From: an uncultured Candidatus Saccharibacteria bacterium
GTDB taxonomy: Bacteria > Patescibacteriota > Minisyncoccia > Phycocordibacterales > UBA918
Length of the DNA stretch: 64,000 nucleotides
NCBI GenBank assembly: GCA_964626635.1
Contig: CAZVFY010000002.1
Span: forward strand, 5,300-69,299
Direction: 5' to 3'
Shown here: positions 33,625 through 43,668 of the stretch, in pieces
Numbering within the stretch: position 1 is the first letter of the stretch
Layout: every line of letters begins with the position of its first letter
Position numbers and translations under genes: made by a program
Notes under the pieces: model-generated
What the model was told of the DNA's origin: nothing
Database searches by the model: none
The model's input: the letters and a program-made list of their open reading frames with translations, nothing else

Positions 33625-34221
33625 ATGAAATACATTATTGGCATAGACGAAGCCGGTCGTGGGCCACTGGCTGGACCAGTCGCCGTTGGCGCGGCCGTTG
33701 TGCCGGTTGATTTTGCGTGGCTGGAGGTGCTGCCTGGCGTTACCGACAGCAAAAAGATCTCGCCCAAGAAGCGCGCCGAGGTGCTGCGGACGGCGACGCT
33801 CCTGCGCCACCGAGGTCTGATCAACTTCACCGTGGCCATGGTTAGCGCGTCTGTAATCGACCGGGAGGGAATCGTACCCGCCATCAACATCGCGATGAAA
33901 CGAGCGCTCGCGCGGCTGGCGCCGCCGGTCTCGCGCTCGTTTATCCGCCTCGACGGATCACTGTACGCACCCGAGCAATTTGCACAGGCGACCATCATCA
34001 AGGGTGACGCGCTCTATCCCGAAATTGGCCTTGCGAGCATCGCCGCCAAAGAAACGCGCGATGCGTACATGCGCCGCGTGGACAAGCGCTGGCCTGGCTA
34101 TGGGTTTGCAGATCATTCTGGATACGGCACTGTCGCCCATCGTGCTGCGATCCAGGCCCGTGGTTTGAGCCCGATCCACCGAGCCATGTATTGCCAGAAT
34201 GCGCTACGTGGGGTACGGTGA
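33625..34221 (+). CDS. rnhB: Ribonuclease HII
   Basis: GIDEAGRGPLAGPV, DSKK, LDG, KGD, ASIAAK. Confidence 0.95.
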   Translation: MKYIIGIDEAGRGPLAGPVAVGAAVVPVDFAWLEVLPGVTDSKKISPKKRAEVLRTATLLRHRGLINFTVAMVSASVIDREGIVPAINIAMKRALARLAPPVSRSFIRLDGSLYAPEQFAQATIIKGDALYPEIGLASIAAKETRDAYMRRVDKRWPGYGFADHSGYGTVAHRAAIQARGLSPIHRAMYCQNALRGVR

Positions 34222-34277
34222 AGAGGCTCAGATCCTGATCCTGATATTATCGACAAAACTGAGCAACAGGAACAGGC

Positions 34278-34487
34278 ATGAGTAAGAAAAGTCAAGATGG
34301 TTGCGCAAGGTGTATTCTTTGCTGCAGAGAGTTGTGTCACGTAGTGGCGGGCACGACACAGGAGCTGCCCGAACCGCGGCCGTCTAGCTGGCGAAGCTGT
34401 CAGCGAAGGATCAGACGAGAACAAGAGCTCAAGGAAGAAGCTCGTCTGGCGCGCAAAGCGCTTCAGCATCAATACGCCGCCGAATAA
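34278..34487 (+). CDS. Small hypothetical Cys-rich protein
   Basis: 69-aa ORF (CARCILCCRELC) followed by hairpin ggtcggc..gccgacc-ttttt at ~34527-34557. Confidence 0.4.
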   Translation: MSKKSQDGCARCILCCRELCHVVAGTTQELPEPRPSSWRSCQRRIRREQELKEEARLARKALQHQYAAE

Positions 34488-34659
34488 GCGGCACCAGACC
34501 ACGATTGCAAGGTGGTCTGCGATTCTGGTCGGCGAGCGAAAGCGAGCCGACCTTTTTCTTGCACCACAGGCACTGCTATTTCATATTCCCGTTGGTCATT
34601 GAAATAGGTTGCCTTTTTCACACACTTTGCTATAGTTCGCCCACTAATTCAACAAATAT

Positions 34660-35016
34660 ATGGTTATTCGAATGCGACATACGCGGTCTCACACCAAGAA
34701 CCGCCGATCACACCACGCCCTGACTGGACCAGCGCTAGTCACGTGTCAAAACTGCGAGGCAATGCACCGCCCACACCACATGTGTCAGGCGTGTGGTCAT
34801 TACAAAGGTCGGTTGGTGATCGACATGAAGGCACAACACGAAAAGCGTGAAGCTCGCATCCAAGCCAAGCGAGACGCCATCAAAGCGCAGCGCCAAGACG
34901 CTGAGGCTGATCAACCGGCAGAAGTAACCGACGACCAAACGCCAGTTGAACCAACAGACACAGAAACGACTGCCGAAACCAAGCCCGAAGAAATCACCAG
35001 CGATCAGAAAAGCTAA
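34660..35016 (+). CDS. rpmF: 50S ribosomal protein L32 with acidic C-terminal extension
   Basis: RRSHHAL, CQNC..RPHHMCQACGHYKGR. Confidence 0.92.
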   Translation: MVIRMRHTRSHTKNRRSHHALTGPALVTCQNCEAMHRPHHMCQACGHYKGRLVIDMKAQHEKREARIQAKRDAIKAQRQDAEADQPAEVTDDQTPVEPTDTETTAETKPEEITSDQKS

Positions 35017-35092
35017 TCCACACTCCACCGCTCACCAAGAGCGGTGTTTGTGTACTGATAATGCTACACTGTAGTCAGTAACCTAGTACATT

Positions 35093-35992
35093 ATGGCCAA
35101 TCGACACCTCTCACGTAGCATTGTTCTCCAGACCCTATTCGAATGGGATCAGGGAAATTTAGATCACAAAGCCTCACACGAAGTGCTCGACCGTAATGTC
35201 GCAGAATTCGCCCCGAACAAAACCGACCAAGGTTTTATGGACCGACTGCTCGATGGCGTCATGGGTAAACGCTCGGAACTCGACCTCGTCATCGAAAAAG
35301 CCGCCCCCGATTGGCCAATCGACCGCATCGCGGCGGTCGATCGCAATATCTTGCGGATGGGTCTGTTCGAGCTGTTATTTTCTGATCGAGACGAAGTTCC
35401 GGCCAAGGTCGCGATCAATGAGGCGATCGAGTTGTCTAAGCAATTCGGTGGCGACAACAGCAGCCGGTTCGTCAACGGTGTGCTCGGCGCTGTGTACAAA
35501 GAGATCGGTGAACCCGGCAAAGACGATCAAGGCAAGCGCAAGAAAAAGCACGTCGCCTACGAGGATATGCCGATCCAGCGTCTGGCGGGCGCGGTCGTGT
35601 ACGCGCAACACGAGGGACAAATCTACCTTGCATTGGTACATGACATCTTTGGACACTGGACGCTTAGTAAGGGTAAAATTGACGAAGGCGAAGACCTCGA
35701 AGCGGGAGCACGCCGTGGCTTACTCGACGAGATCGGTTTGACCGTGACGCTCGAAGACACTATTGGCCAAAACGAATACGTCGCCAGCAATCCCGAGCTC
35801 GGCAAAGTCCGCAAACAAGTCAGCTACTTTTTAGCCAAGGCGCCTTACCAAGACCTGGTACTCGAGCAAAAGGGTGGACTGGATGACGCCCAGTGGTTCA
35901 AGATCGCTGATATTCTGGAGCTTAATTTTTATGAAGATATCTTGCCAATTGTGACCAAGGCAGTGACGCTGCTGGTTGGCAGGAACACGTAG
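35093..35992 (+). CDS. nusB: Transcription antitermination factor NusB fused to a NUDIX domain
   Basis: DRNILR, VAINEAIELSKQFG, FVNGVLG; C-terminal W.LSKG.IDEGE..RRGLLDEIGL. Confidence 0.9.
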   Translation: MANRHLSRSIVLQTLFEWDQGNLDHKASHEVLDRNVAEFAPNKTDQGFMDRLLDGVMGKRSELDLVIEKAAPDWPIDRIAAVDRNILRMGLFELLFSDRDEVPAKVAINEAIELSKQFGGDNSSRFVNGVLGAVYKEIGEPGKDDQGKRKKKHVAYEDMPIQRLAGAVVYAQHEGQIYLALVHDIFGHWTLSKGKIDEGEDLEAGARRGLLDEIGLTVTLEDTIGQNEYVASNPELGKVRKQVSYFLAKAPYQDLVLEQKGGLDDAQWFKIADILELNFYEDILPIVTKAVTLLVGRNT

Positions 35993-36010
35993 TCGTGCTA
36001 CTTTCTCACC

Positions 36011-36724
36011 ATGACTGAACTCGATCACGAGACAACTGATTTGGTCGCGCTCGAAGGCGTGCTGGGCGCCACTTTTACCGACCAGACGATCCTCAAAAGC
36101 GCGATCACGCACCGTTCGTACCTCAACGAACACCGCGAAGCTGATTGGGAACACAACGAACGTCTAGAATTTCTGGGGGACGCAGTACTAGAACTGGTCG
36201 TGACTGACTATCTGTATCAACAATACCCGGACAAACCAGAAGGTGAGCTGACCGCTGTGCGCGCCGCGCTTGTCAATACCGTATCACTGGCGGCGACGTC
36301 CGAAGCACTTGATATCGGCGCGTACATGCTGATGAGTAAGGGCGAGGCCAAAGACACCGGCCGCGCGCGGCAGTATATCCTCGCCAACGCTTTCGAGGCG
36401 TGTGTAGGGGCGTTGTACGTAGATCAGGGGTACGCGGCTGCGCAGGCATTCATTGCTACAAATCTTTTTCCTAAAACAGACGAGATTGTCCGGCAGCGGC
36501 TGTGGCAAGACCCCAAATCCAGATTCCAAGAGCTCGCCCAAGAACACGCCAATGTCACCCCGACGTACGAAACATTGGGGCAGGAGGGGCCAGATCATGA
36601 TCGCGAATTCACGGTCGGCGTATTTTTACGCAAAGAAAAGATCGCGGTCGGCAAGGGTCGTAGCAAACAAGAAGCCGAACAGCAAGCCGCCGAGTCCGGT
36701 ATTACCCACAAGGGTTGGAATTAG
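36011..36724 (+). CDS. rnc: Ribonuclease III
   Basis: NERLEFLGDAVL signature, dsRBD (GPDH..F..SKQEAEQ). Confidence 0.96.
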   Translation: MTELDHETTDLVALEGVLGATFTDQTILKSAITHRSYLNEHREADWEHNERLEFLGDAVLELVVTDYLYQQYPDKPEGELTAVRAALVNTVSLAATSEALDIGAYMLMSKGEAKDTGRARQYILANAFEACVGALYVDQGYAAAQAFIATNLFPKTDEIVRQRLWQDPKSRFQELAQEHANVTPTYETLGQEGPDHDREFTVGVFLRKEKIAVGKGRSKQEAEQQAAESGITHKGWN

Positions 36725-36753
36725 TTAGTAACTGGATACTATACACTGTATGC

Positions 36754-37302
36754 ATGCGTTTAGGCGGTTTTACATTAATTGAAATAATTGTAGTGGTGAG
36801 TATTATATCTCTGCTCGCTGCAGTAGTGGGTACAAACTACAGCAATGTTAGAACCGAGTCTCGCATCAAAGCTGAACAGGCTACACTGGAGCAAATGAAG
36901 CTCGCCTTTACGTTATACGCTGAATTATACGGTCATTATCCTGCTGGTGTGACTCTTGGCGGTTACCCTATGCCTAATAATGACAATTGTTCGTCGTGTT
37001 TTCTTAGGCCGCCGGCCAACCTTCTGGAAGCCACCATTCAATGGGGGGCTGCTGCCAGTGCAATGATTGGTGCTGGGCTTATCAATGATTCAATATTCAC
37101 AGATAGCTGGGGTATGCCGTATGCATATGATAATAATTCTTATGGCGCACACAACGTCGATCTGTTCTCCTTTGTTTGCAGCACTGGTCCAGACCGGGTC
37201 TGGGGTGTTTCTGACAGTGCCGCAACTATCGCTGTATTTGACCGCACCACTGGTACACATGAGCCGCTGGGTGACGATATCTGCGTTTTTTTACCTAATT
37301 AA
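36754..37302 (+). CDS. Type IV pilin/pseudopilin-like protein
   Basis: GFTLIE prepilin site, hydrophobic helix, DSWGMPY.Y, S.GPD. Confidence 0.85.
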   Translation: MRLGGFTLIEIIVVVSIISLLAAVVGTNYSNVRTESRIKAEQATLEQMKLAFTLYAELYGHYPAGVTLGGYPMPNNDNCSSCFLRPPANLLEATIQWGAAASAMIGAGLINDSIFTDSWGMPYAYDNNSYGAHNVDLFSFVCSTGPDRVWGVSDSAATIAVFDRTTGTHEPLGDDICVFLPN

Positions 37303-37305
37303 TGT

Positions 37306-38028
37306 ATGCTTCAGTTTACTACCCAAAACCGTGGTTTTACACTCTTAGAAATATTAGTGGTAACCGCGATTATCAGCATTTTTCTCACAACTGTGTACGT
37401 GAACTTTACTGGTTCATACGCTCAGGCTCGTGACGCCGAGCGCAAAGCAAATGTACAGAACGTCGCAACGGCATTGGAGTTATACAAAAATAAATACGGG
37501 CGGTACCCTGAAGCGTGCAACGGCCCAATTCCACGACCCACACCAAACCCAATACAAGGTTCTGTCTTGTGGTCCGGTGAGCCAGGTACTGCTGATGAGT
37601 GTCCGTCAAGTGGTGACGATTACATAGTGGGATTGGCACCAGAATTCATTGAAGAATTACCCACCGACCCTCGTGCCCGTACTGATGCTGGGTATGTATA
37701 CGCCGTAAATTATAACGGTTCGGCGTACAAGTTTATGGCGATGAACACGGTCGAGAACGAAACCGTCACGTCTGACAGCGCATTTTTCCGCTGCGGGCAA
37801 GGATTTAATGTAATGGGTACCCCTGCGACAGAAACATACGATGACGAAGTGATGTGCTTACGTACACCCAGAGAGTTTGGTGGTGGTAATGTTTCAATAG
37901 ACGGCTGCCATGCAGCTTCAAACAGCGCGATAAACGCCCGAACGTATGCAGTCTCGGCAGGCATTGCCACAGAAGGTTCTGATTTGAGACAGGTTGAACA
38001 CTACACCGAAATTGTCCGCTGCGGGTAG
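37306..38028 (+). CDS. Type IV pilin-like protein
   Basis: GFTLLE, ARDAERKA, ALELY..YP, LPTDP. Confidence 0.87.
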   Translation: MLQFTTQNRGFTLLEILVVTAIISIFLTTVYVNFTGSYAQARDAERKANVQNVATALELYKNKYGRYPEACNGPIPRPTPNPIQGSVLWSGEPGTADECPSSGDDYIVGLAPEFIEELPTDPRARTDAGYVYAVNYNGSAYKFMAMNTVENETVTSDSAFFRCGQGFNVMGTPATETYDDEVMCLRTPREFGGGNVSIDGCHAASNSAINARTYAVSAGIATEGSDLRQVEHYTEIVRCG

Positions 38029-38087
38029 CACTTGTAATGTGCACTACCCGCAATCCCGCGGCGCACATTTAGTATGATAAGGACAGT

Positions 38088-38636
38088 ATGAAATACTTTC
38101 GCACACCGCTCCCAACCGCTGGGTTTACCCTCCTAGAAATTCTGGTGGTGACGTCGATCATCGCTATTCTCTCGAGTATTCTGTATGTCAGTTTTAGCGA
38201 CTCGCGCAACTTGGCACGGGACCGGGCGATGATGTCCGAGTTCAAGCAAGTGCAGCTGGCGTTGCAGACGTATTATGCACAGAATGATGCGTATCCAGCG
38301 CCTAATCCGTCGTGTGGGCTAAGCACTAGGGCAACTGAATCGGCTACCTGTGGTGATTACATAATTATTTCGAACGAATTTATTACTGAATTGCCGCGTA
38401 GCGCAGATTCGGGAAACAGTAATTGCCAAATATCATATCAGGTTGATAGTGTCAGCGACCCTCAAAATTATAAACTAACAGGGATCAATTGCATTGCCAG
38501 CGATCTCGTCATTACTCTAGAGAATGATATGGCTAGATGTCCGAGTACTTCTGATGGCTTAGGAGAATGCAGTTCCAGCCATGCAGACTTCGCCAAGTCA
38601 TTCGCTGTGTACAGCCCCGGGGGCCAGTCATATTAG
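38088..38636 (+). CDS. Type IV pilin-like protein
   Basis: GFTLLE, ARDRA, ALQTYY..YP, multiple Cys. Confidence 0.87.
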   Translation: MKYFRTPLPTAGFTLLEILVVTSIIAILSSILYVSFSDSRNLARDRAMMSEFKQVQLALQTYYAQNDAYPAPNPSCGLSTRATESATCGDYIIISNEFITELPRSADSGNSNCQISYQVDSVSDPQNYKLTGINCIASDLVITLENDMARCPSTSDGLGECSSSHADFAKSFAVYSPGGQSY

Positions 38637-38638
38637 TC

Positions 38639-40861
38639 ATGCAGTTACAGTCGCTCAAGGTCAATGGCTTTAAATCGTTCGCCCACCAGAGCGAACTGGC
38701 GTTTACCACCCCGATCACGGCGATCGTCGGGCCCAATGGCTCGGGCAAGAGCAACGTAGCCGAGGCCTTTCGGTTCGTGCTCGGCGAACAGTCCGTCAAA
38801 TCCATGCGCGGTAAACGCGGCTCGGACCTGCTGTGGGGCGGGTCGGACGCGGTTGCGCGCAAGGGGCGGGCTAGTGTGTGCGTGTCGCTCGATAACCGGT
38901 CACGGCTCCTTGATCTGGATTTTGATGAGGTGCGGATCGAGCGCGTGGTACACCGTGATGGACAGAACGACTATCTCCTCAATGGCTCTGCGGTCCGGTT
39001 GCGGGATATTCACGAACTACTGGCCGGGGCGCACATCGGCCCCAGCGGGCATCACATTATTTCGCAAGGCGAGGCTGATCGCGTCCTGACCGCCAACGCT
39101 CGCGAGCGACGCGAAATGGTCGAGGACGCGCTGGGTCTCAAAGTATTCCAAACCAAAAAACACGAAGCCACCAAAAAACTAGAAAAAACCCTTCAGAATA
39201 TCAGCGAGACTGAGTCGCTGCGGCGCGAGGCGGCGCCCCATCTGCGCTACCTTGAGCGCCAAGTGGCGGACGCCGAACGCGCTACCACAACACAACAGGA
39301 ATTATTGGCTGGCTACCACGAATACCTCTACCGCGAAGACACGTACGTCGCACTGCGTACCAACACCCTCCAGGCTGAGCAGCATACACTACAGCAATCT
39401 GTCCGAGACAGTCACGATCAGGTAGCTGCGCTGCGCGCCCAAAAGGCCACCTACGAAGAGGGTGTCGATCGCACGCCACTAGAGGAAGCCGGACGAACCC
39501 AGGCTGCGGTCGAGCAGGTCTGGCAAGAGGCCGTAGCAAAGGCCAATCAACTAGAAGGCCAGGTCACGTACCTACGCCGCAGCATAGAAGAGCGCGAGCA
39601 CGCGGCCAGCCAAACGGTCGAGGCGCCGACGGTCGTGTCCCGGCACCTAGTCGACCAGGTGTACAACACGGCCCGCGCACAAGAACCGTCAGCCGCCGCC
39701 CACCAGCAGTTAGTGTCCGACCTAGAGGCAGTGCTGCAGGCTGATCTGCCGACCACTGAACTGTATGACAGTACCTCGGACAAACAACAGCTCGAGACCC
39801 TCAAGGCTGCATTAGCCTCAGCCATCGAACAAGTCACGCAGGCGTTTCAGGCAGTCGAGACAGCCAGGCATAAAGTCCAGCAAGCCCAGGCCGACATCGA
39901 CGCCCAACAGTCCGCGTGGCACGACACGGAACAAGCATTGTTCATAGCGCTCGGTCGCGAGCGCGAACAAACAGTAGCATTGCGTACAGTAGAAGCAGAA
40001 CTAGCAACGCTCGAGCGCGACCGGGCGGATTTTAAACAAGAATTATACGAAGCCACGACGCTAGTCGGCCGCAACGTCATGCAGTACAGCCAGTACGGAG
40101 CGCAATCGGACGTCAGCATCACCGAAGACGAAGTGCTGCAGGAGCCAAGAGACTCGCAACGCGACCGGCGCACTCAGCTGGAGAAACTAAAGATCCGCCT
40201 CGAGGAACTAGGGGTAGGTGACACCGAGGCACTCATGCTGGAATTCCGCCAGTCCAAGGAGCGCGACGAGTTTCTATCAGGCGAACTGGACGATCTACAT
40301 TCATCGGTGGACAATCTGCGGACGCTAATAGGTGAATTAGACACCCAGATCCACACCGCATTACAGTCTGGTCTGGCGCAGATAGATCGCGAATTCAATC
40401 GCTTTTTTACGCTGATGTTTGGTGGCGGCAAGGCAGCGCTTGATCTAGTGACACCAAAACCGAGCGACGCTGACGCTGTCGACGGAGATCAATCTGCACT
40501 CCAGCAGTCCGGCATCGAGCTGCACGTGTCGCTCCCCAACAAACGCGTCAAAGGGCTAGAGATGCTCTCTGGCGGCGAGCGAGCGCTGACGTCGATCGCG
40601 CTGGTATTCGCGATGAGTCAGGTCAACCCGCCGCCATTTATTATATTGGACGAGACCGACGCGGCCCTCGACGAGGCCAACAGCCGTCGGTACGGGGATA
40701 TGATTGAAGCGCTGGCACAGAAATCGCAACTGATTTTGATCACCCACAACCGCGAGACAATGTCGCGCGCGGGCGTCCTGTACGGCGTGACGATGGCGGG
40801 GGATGGGGTGTCGCAACTGTTGTCCATTCAGTTTGCTGATGCGACAATCCACGCCAAATAG
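38639..40861 (+). CDS. smc: Short SMC-family chromosome segregation ATPase
   Basis: GFKSF, GPNGSGKSN, IISQG, LSGGE, ILDETDAALD; about 740 aa. Confidence 0.85.
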   Translation: MQLQSLKVNGFKSFAHQSELAFTTPITAIVGPNGSGKSNVAEAFRFVLGEQSVKSMRGKRGSDLLWGGSDAVARKGRASVCVSLDNRSRLLDLDFDEVRIERVVHRDGQNDYLLNGSAVRLRDIHELLAGAHIGPSGHHIISQGEADRVLTANARERREMVEDALGLKVFQTKKHEATKKLEKTLQNISETESLRREAAPHLRYLERQVADAERATTTQQELLAGYHEYLYREDTYVALRTNTLQAEQHTLQQSVRDSHDQVAALRAQKATYEEGVDRTPLEEAGRTQAAVEQVWQEAVAKANQLEGQVTYLRRSIEEREHAASQTVEAPTVVSRHLVDQVYNTARAQEPSAAAHQQLVSDLEAVLQADLPTTELYDSTSDKQQLETLKAALASAIEQVTQAFQAVETARHKVQQAQADIDAQQSAWHDTEQALFIALGREREQTVALRTVEAELATLERDRADFKQELYEATTLVGRNVMQYSQYGAQSDVSITEDEVLQEPRDSQRDRRTQLEKLKIRLEELGVGDTEALMLEFRQSKERDEFLSGELDDLHSSVDNLRTLIGELDTQIHTALQSGLAQIDREFNRFFTLMFGGGKAALDLVTPKPSDADAVDGDQSALQQSGIELHVSLPNKRVKGLEMLSGGERALTSIALVFAMSQVNPPPFIILDETDAALDEANSRRYGDMIEALAQKSQLILITHNRETMSRAGVLYGVTMAGDGVSQLLSIQFADATIHAK

Positions 40862-40949
40862 CTTGAAAAATATTTCAGTTGTGGTATAAACGTAGCTGGA
40901 TCCTACCGTCACGATGACGGGGGACATTTCTCACAGGGAGTACAGTTCC

Positions 40950-41594
40950 ATGACAACCATGATCAGGTCGCTTCTGGCCCTCGTGCTAACCGTTTTGCTG
41001 CCGTTCGCCGCGTTCGCGTCGACGGTGGCACCGACGTCCGTCGAAATCTTCGGCGAACAGTTCGTCCGCAAGGACACCCGCTACATCGCCACGGTGGACA
41101 TCCCAAGCTCGGGCGTGCCTGAGCGGATCACGGTGACGACCCGGCCACTGCCGGTGCGCTCGACGTTCGATATGCTAGCACGTGAGGTCGGATTCGATTC
41201 ACCTTACGGCTTCCTCGACACCACCGCGCTGCTTTTGCCGGGGGAGACCGGCATCATCAGCGGCGGATCCTTCACCGATGTGAACGGTGTCACCTCGCCG
41301 ACGGAGTTCCAGGTCGAGATCTTCCTCTTAGCCTCGGACGTCGACGCGCTCGGGACACTGGATCGCCAAATGCTACTGGACAGGCCGATCGGCGTCGAGC
41401 TTGGCTGGCTCGATGCGGCCGGCATGCCGATCGCCCTCACGCCGGACTATGTCAGCCAACTGCCAACTGTCGGTAATATGGACGACGGTAACGGACCGTC
41501 GCCAGTCCCGCTGCCGCCGGCTGCCTGGTTCCTCCTCTCGGGGCTTGCCGGTCTGGGCTATGTCGCCAGGCATCGCTCGCGCGCAGCCGCCTGA
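40950..41594 (+). CDS. Secreted protein with VPLPA-CTERM-type sorting signal
   Basis: Signal peptide ..PFAAFA; C-terminus PSPVPLPPAAWFLLSGLAGLGYVARHRSRAAA. Confidence 0.85.
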   Translation: MTTMIRSLLALVLTVLLPFAAFASTVAPTSVEIFGEQFVRKDTRYIATVDIPSSGVPERITVTTRPLPVRSTFDMLAREVGFDSPYGFLDTTALLLPGETGIISGGSFTDVNGVTSPTEFQVEIFLLASDVDALGTLDRQMLLDRPIGVELGWLDAAGMPIALTPDYVSQLPTVGNMDDGNGPSPVPLPPAAWFLLSGLAGLGYVARHRSRAAA

Positions 41595-41641
41595 TCTTTG
41601 CTCATCCCTCCAATCGGCGGGGTGAGCCACAACGCGCAAGG

Positions 41642-41675
41642 GCGCGGTCTACTTAGACCGCGCTCTTTTCTTTTC
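41642..41675 (+). terminator. Intrinsic terminator
   Basis: gcgcggtcta-ct-tagaccgcgc followed by tcttttcttttc. Confidence 0.7.
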
Positions 41676-41697
41676 ATACCGTCTTAATATACTTCCT

Positions 41698-43668
41698 CTA
41701 CTGTACTAGCTCGAAATCTATCTGTCGTTCTTCCATATCAGCACGCACTAGTGTAACGCGCACCTCATCACCCAGGCGGTAGGTCTTGCCAGTTTTGCGA
41801 CCGCGAATGCGGTATTTTTTGGGTTCGTGTTCAAAGTAATCCCCGTTGATGGTCGCCAGGCGCACCATGCCTTCGGACAGGGTGTTTTGCTCTTGGACAT
41901 AAATACCCCAGTCAGTCACACCGGTGATGACCGCGGTAAATTCTTTGCCCACGTGACGCACCATGTATTCGACTTGCTTAAATTTAATCGAATCACGCTC
42001 GGCGCGGACGGCCTCGTTTTCTTTCTCGCTGGCGTGCGTACAGGTCTGTTCGAGCGTCGCAGTTTCGCGTGGCCCGACGCGGACGCCGTCGAGGTGCTTG
42101 CGCAGCAGTCGGTGGGCGAGTAAGTCAGGATAGCGGCGGATCGGCGAGGTAAAGTGCGAGTAATAATTGAACGCCAGTCCAAAGTGTCCGATATTTTTGG
42201 TGCTGTAGATTGCCTTGGCCATGCTGCGGATGGCGGCGGTCTTGATCAGGTTTTCCTCGGGGGTACCCTCGACCTCTTTCATCAAGCGATTAATAGCCTT
42301 GGCGGACACGTTCCCATTGTGAGTCTCGAACTCGTGCCCCAGGGCGTGCACAAAGGTCGCTAGTTCTTCGATTTTGTCCGGGTTCGGGTTGTCGTGGATA
42401 CGGTAGACGTAGGGATGATCGACTGATTCTTGCTTGGCTTTCTCGTTCACGTACGTGGCCACCTCGCGGTTACACAAAAGCATAAAGTCCTCGATCATCA
42501 TCATCGTTTCGGTGCGGTGCTTTTGGTAGGCTTCGATCGGCGCGCCGTTCTCGTCTAGCTTGAACTTGATCTCTGGTTGCTCGAACGCGATCGCACCGGC
42601 CTTGAAACGCGCAGCCCGCAGTAAACGCGACAGTCGCCGCATGATCTGTAGTTCGGTCAGGTAGTCGCCCGACTCATTGTCCAGCACAGCTTGCGCGTCT
42701 TCGTACGAGAATCGCTTGTCCGAGTGGATGACGGTCTGGCCGTACCAAGCATTTTGCACCTCGGCCTCGGAGTTTAGTTCGAATACGGCCGAGAACGCCA
42801 GACGGTCTGTGTCCGGGCGCAGGGAACACAGATCGTTACTGAGCACCTCGGGCAGCATCGGAATCACGCGATCGACTAGGTACACACTGGTGGCGCGCTC
42901 ACGCGCCTCGACGTCCAGTGGCTCGCCCTCGATCACATAGTGCGATACGTCGGCGATGTGGATCCCCACCGAGACATTGCCGTTGGGAAGTTGTTCGATC
43001 GACAAGGCATCATCAAAGTCCTTGGCGTCCGCCGGGTCAATGGTCATCGTTGTGACGCCCCGCATATCGCGGCGTTTTTCGTCGGCCAGGGCCGCTGCAA
43101 AAATAGCAGCTTGCGTCTCGTGGAGTTCCTCGGCTGCCGCCTGGACACCAGCGGGGAAGTCCTTGGCAAACCCGCCACCGCGAATGATGGCGCGCATTTC
43201 GGTCTCGTGGTCGCCGGCGCGCCCGAGTACCTCAGTAATACGGGCGTGTGGTGCGAGGTGGGGCTGCGGCCATTCCGTTAACTCAGCTACAACTTTCATG
43301 TCGACATCATTGCCGCTAGCGTCTGGGAGGAGGGGGCGCACATGAATGCGTCGGTTGTCTGGTACCAACTGTCGCATCGGCGCGCCATTTTCTTGCACTT
43401 CTTTGACGGTGCCAATGATGTATAGGTGCGCCCGCTCGAGCACTTTGGTGACGCGACCTTGGCGGCGTTCGCCGGGCTTTTCTGGCAGTAGCTCGACCGC
43501 TACCGTGTCTCCGTCCAGGGCGCGATCGAGGTTTTGCCGCTCGACGACGATGTCATCATTGCGGTCGCGCGTTTTTGGATCGTCGGTACCGGGGCCGGGT
43601 GGCGTGACAAAACCAGTGCCTTTGCCACGAACCATAATAGTGCCAGAAAATGTCTTGTTCATATACAT
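41698..43668 (-). CDS. rnr: Ribonuclease R
   Basis: TIDPADAKDFDDA, HFTSPIRRYPD, C-terminal S1 domain. Confidence 0.93.
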   Translation of the reverse strand: MYMNKTFSGTIMVRGKGTGFVTPPGPGTDDPKTRDRNDDIVVERQNLDRALDGDTVAVELLPEKPGERRQGRVTKVLERAHLYIIGTVKEVQENGAPMRQLVPDNRRIHVRPLLPDASGNDVDMKVVAELTEWPQPHLAPHARITEVLGRAGDHETEMRAIIRGGGFAKDFPAGVQAAAEELHETQAAIFAAALADEKRRDMRGVTTMTIDPADAKDFDDALSIEQLPNGNVSVGIHIADVSHYVIEGEPLDVEARERATSVYLVDRVIPMLPEVLSNDLCSLRPDTDRLAFSAVFELNSEAEVQNAWYGQTVIHSDKRFSYEDAQAVLDNESGDYLTELQIMRRLSRLLRAARFKAGAIAFEQPEIKFKLDENGAPIEAYQKHRTETMMMIEDFMLLCNREVATYVNEKAKQESVDHPYVYRIHDNPNPDKIEELATFVHALGHEFETHNGNVSAKAINRLMKEVEGTPEENLIKTAAIRSMAKAIYSTKNIGHFGLAFNYYSHFTSPIRRYPDLLAHRLLRKHLDGVRVGPRETATLEQTCTHASEKENEAVRAERDSIKFKQVEYMVRHVGKEFTAVITGVTDWGIYVQEQNTLSEGMVRLATINGDYFEHEPKKYRIRGRKTGKTYRLGDEVRVTLVRADMEERQIDFELVQ

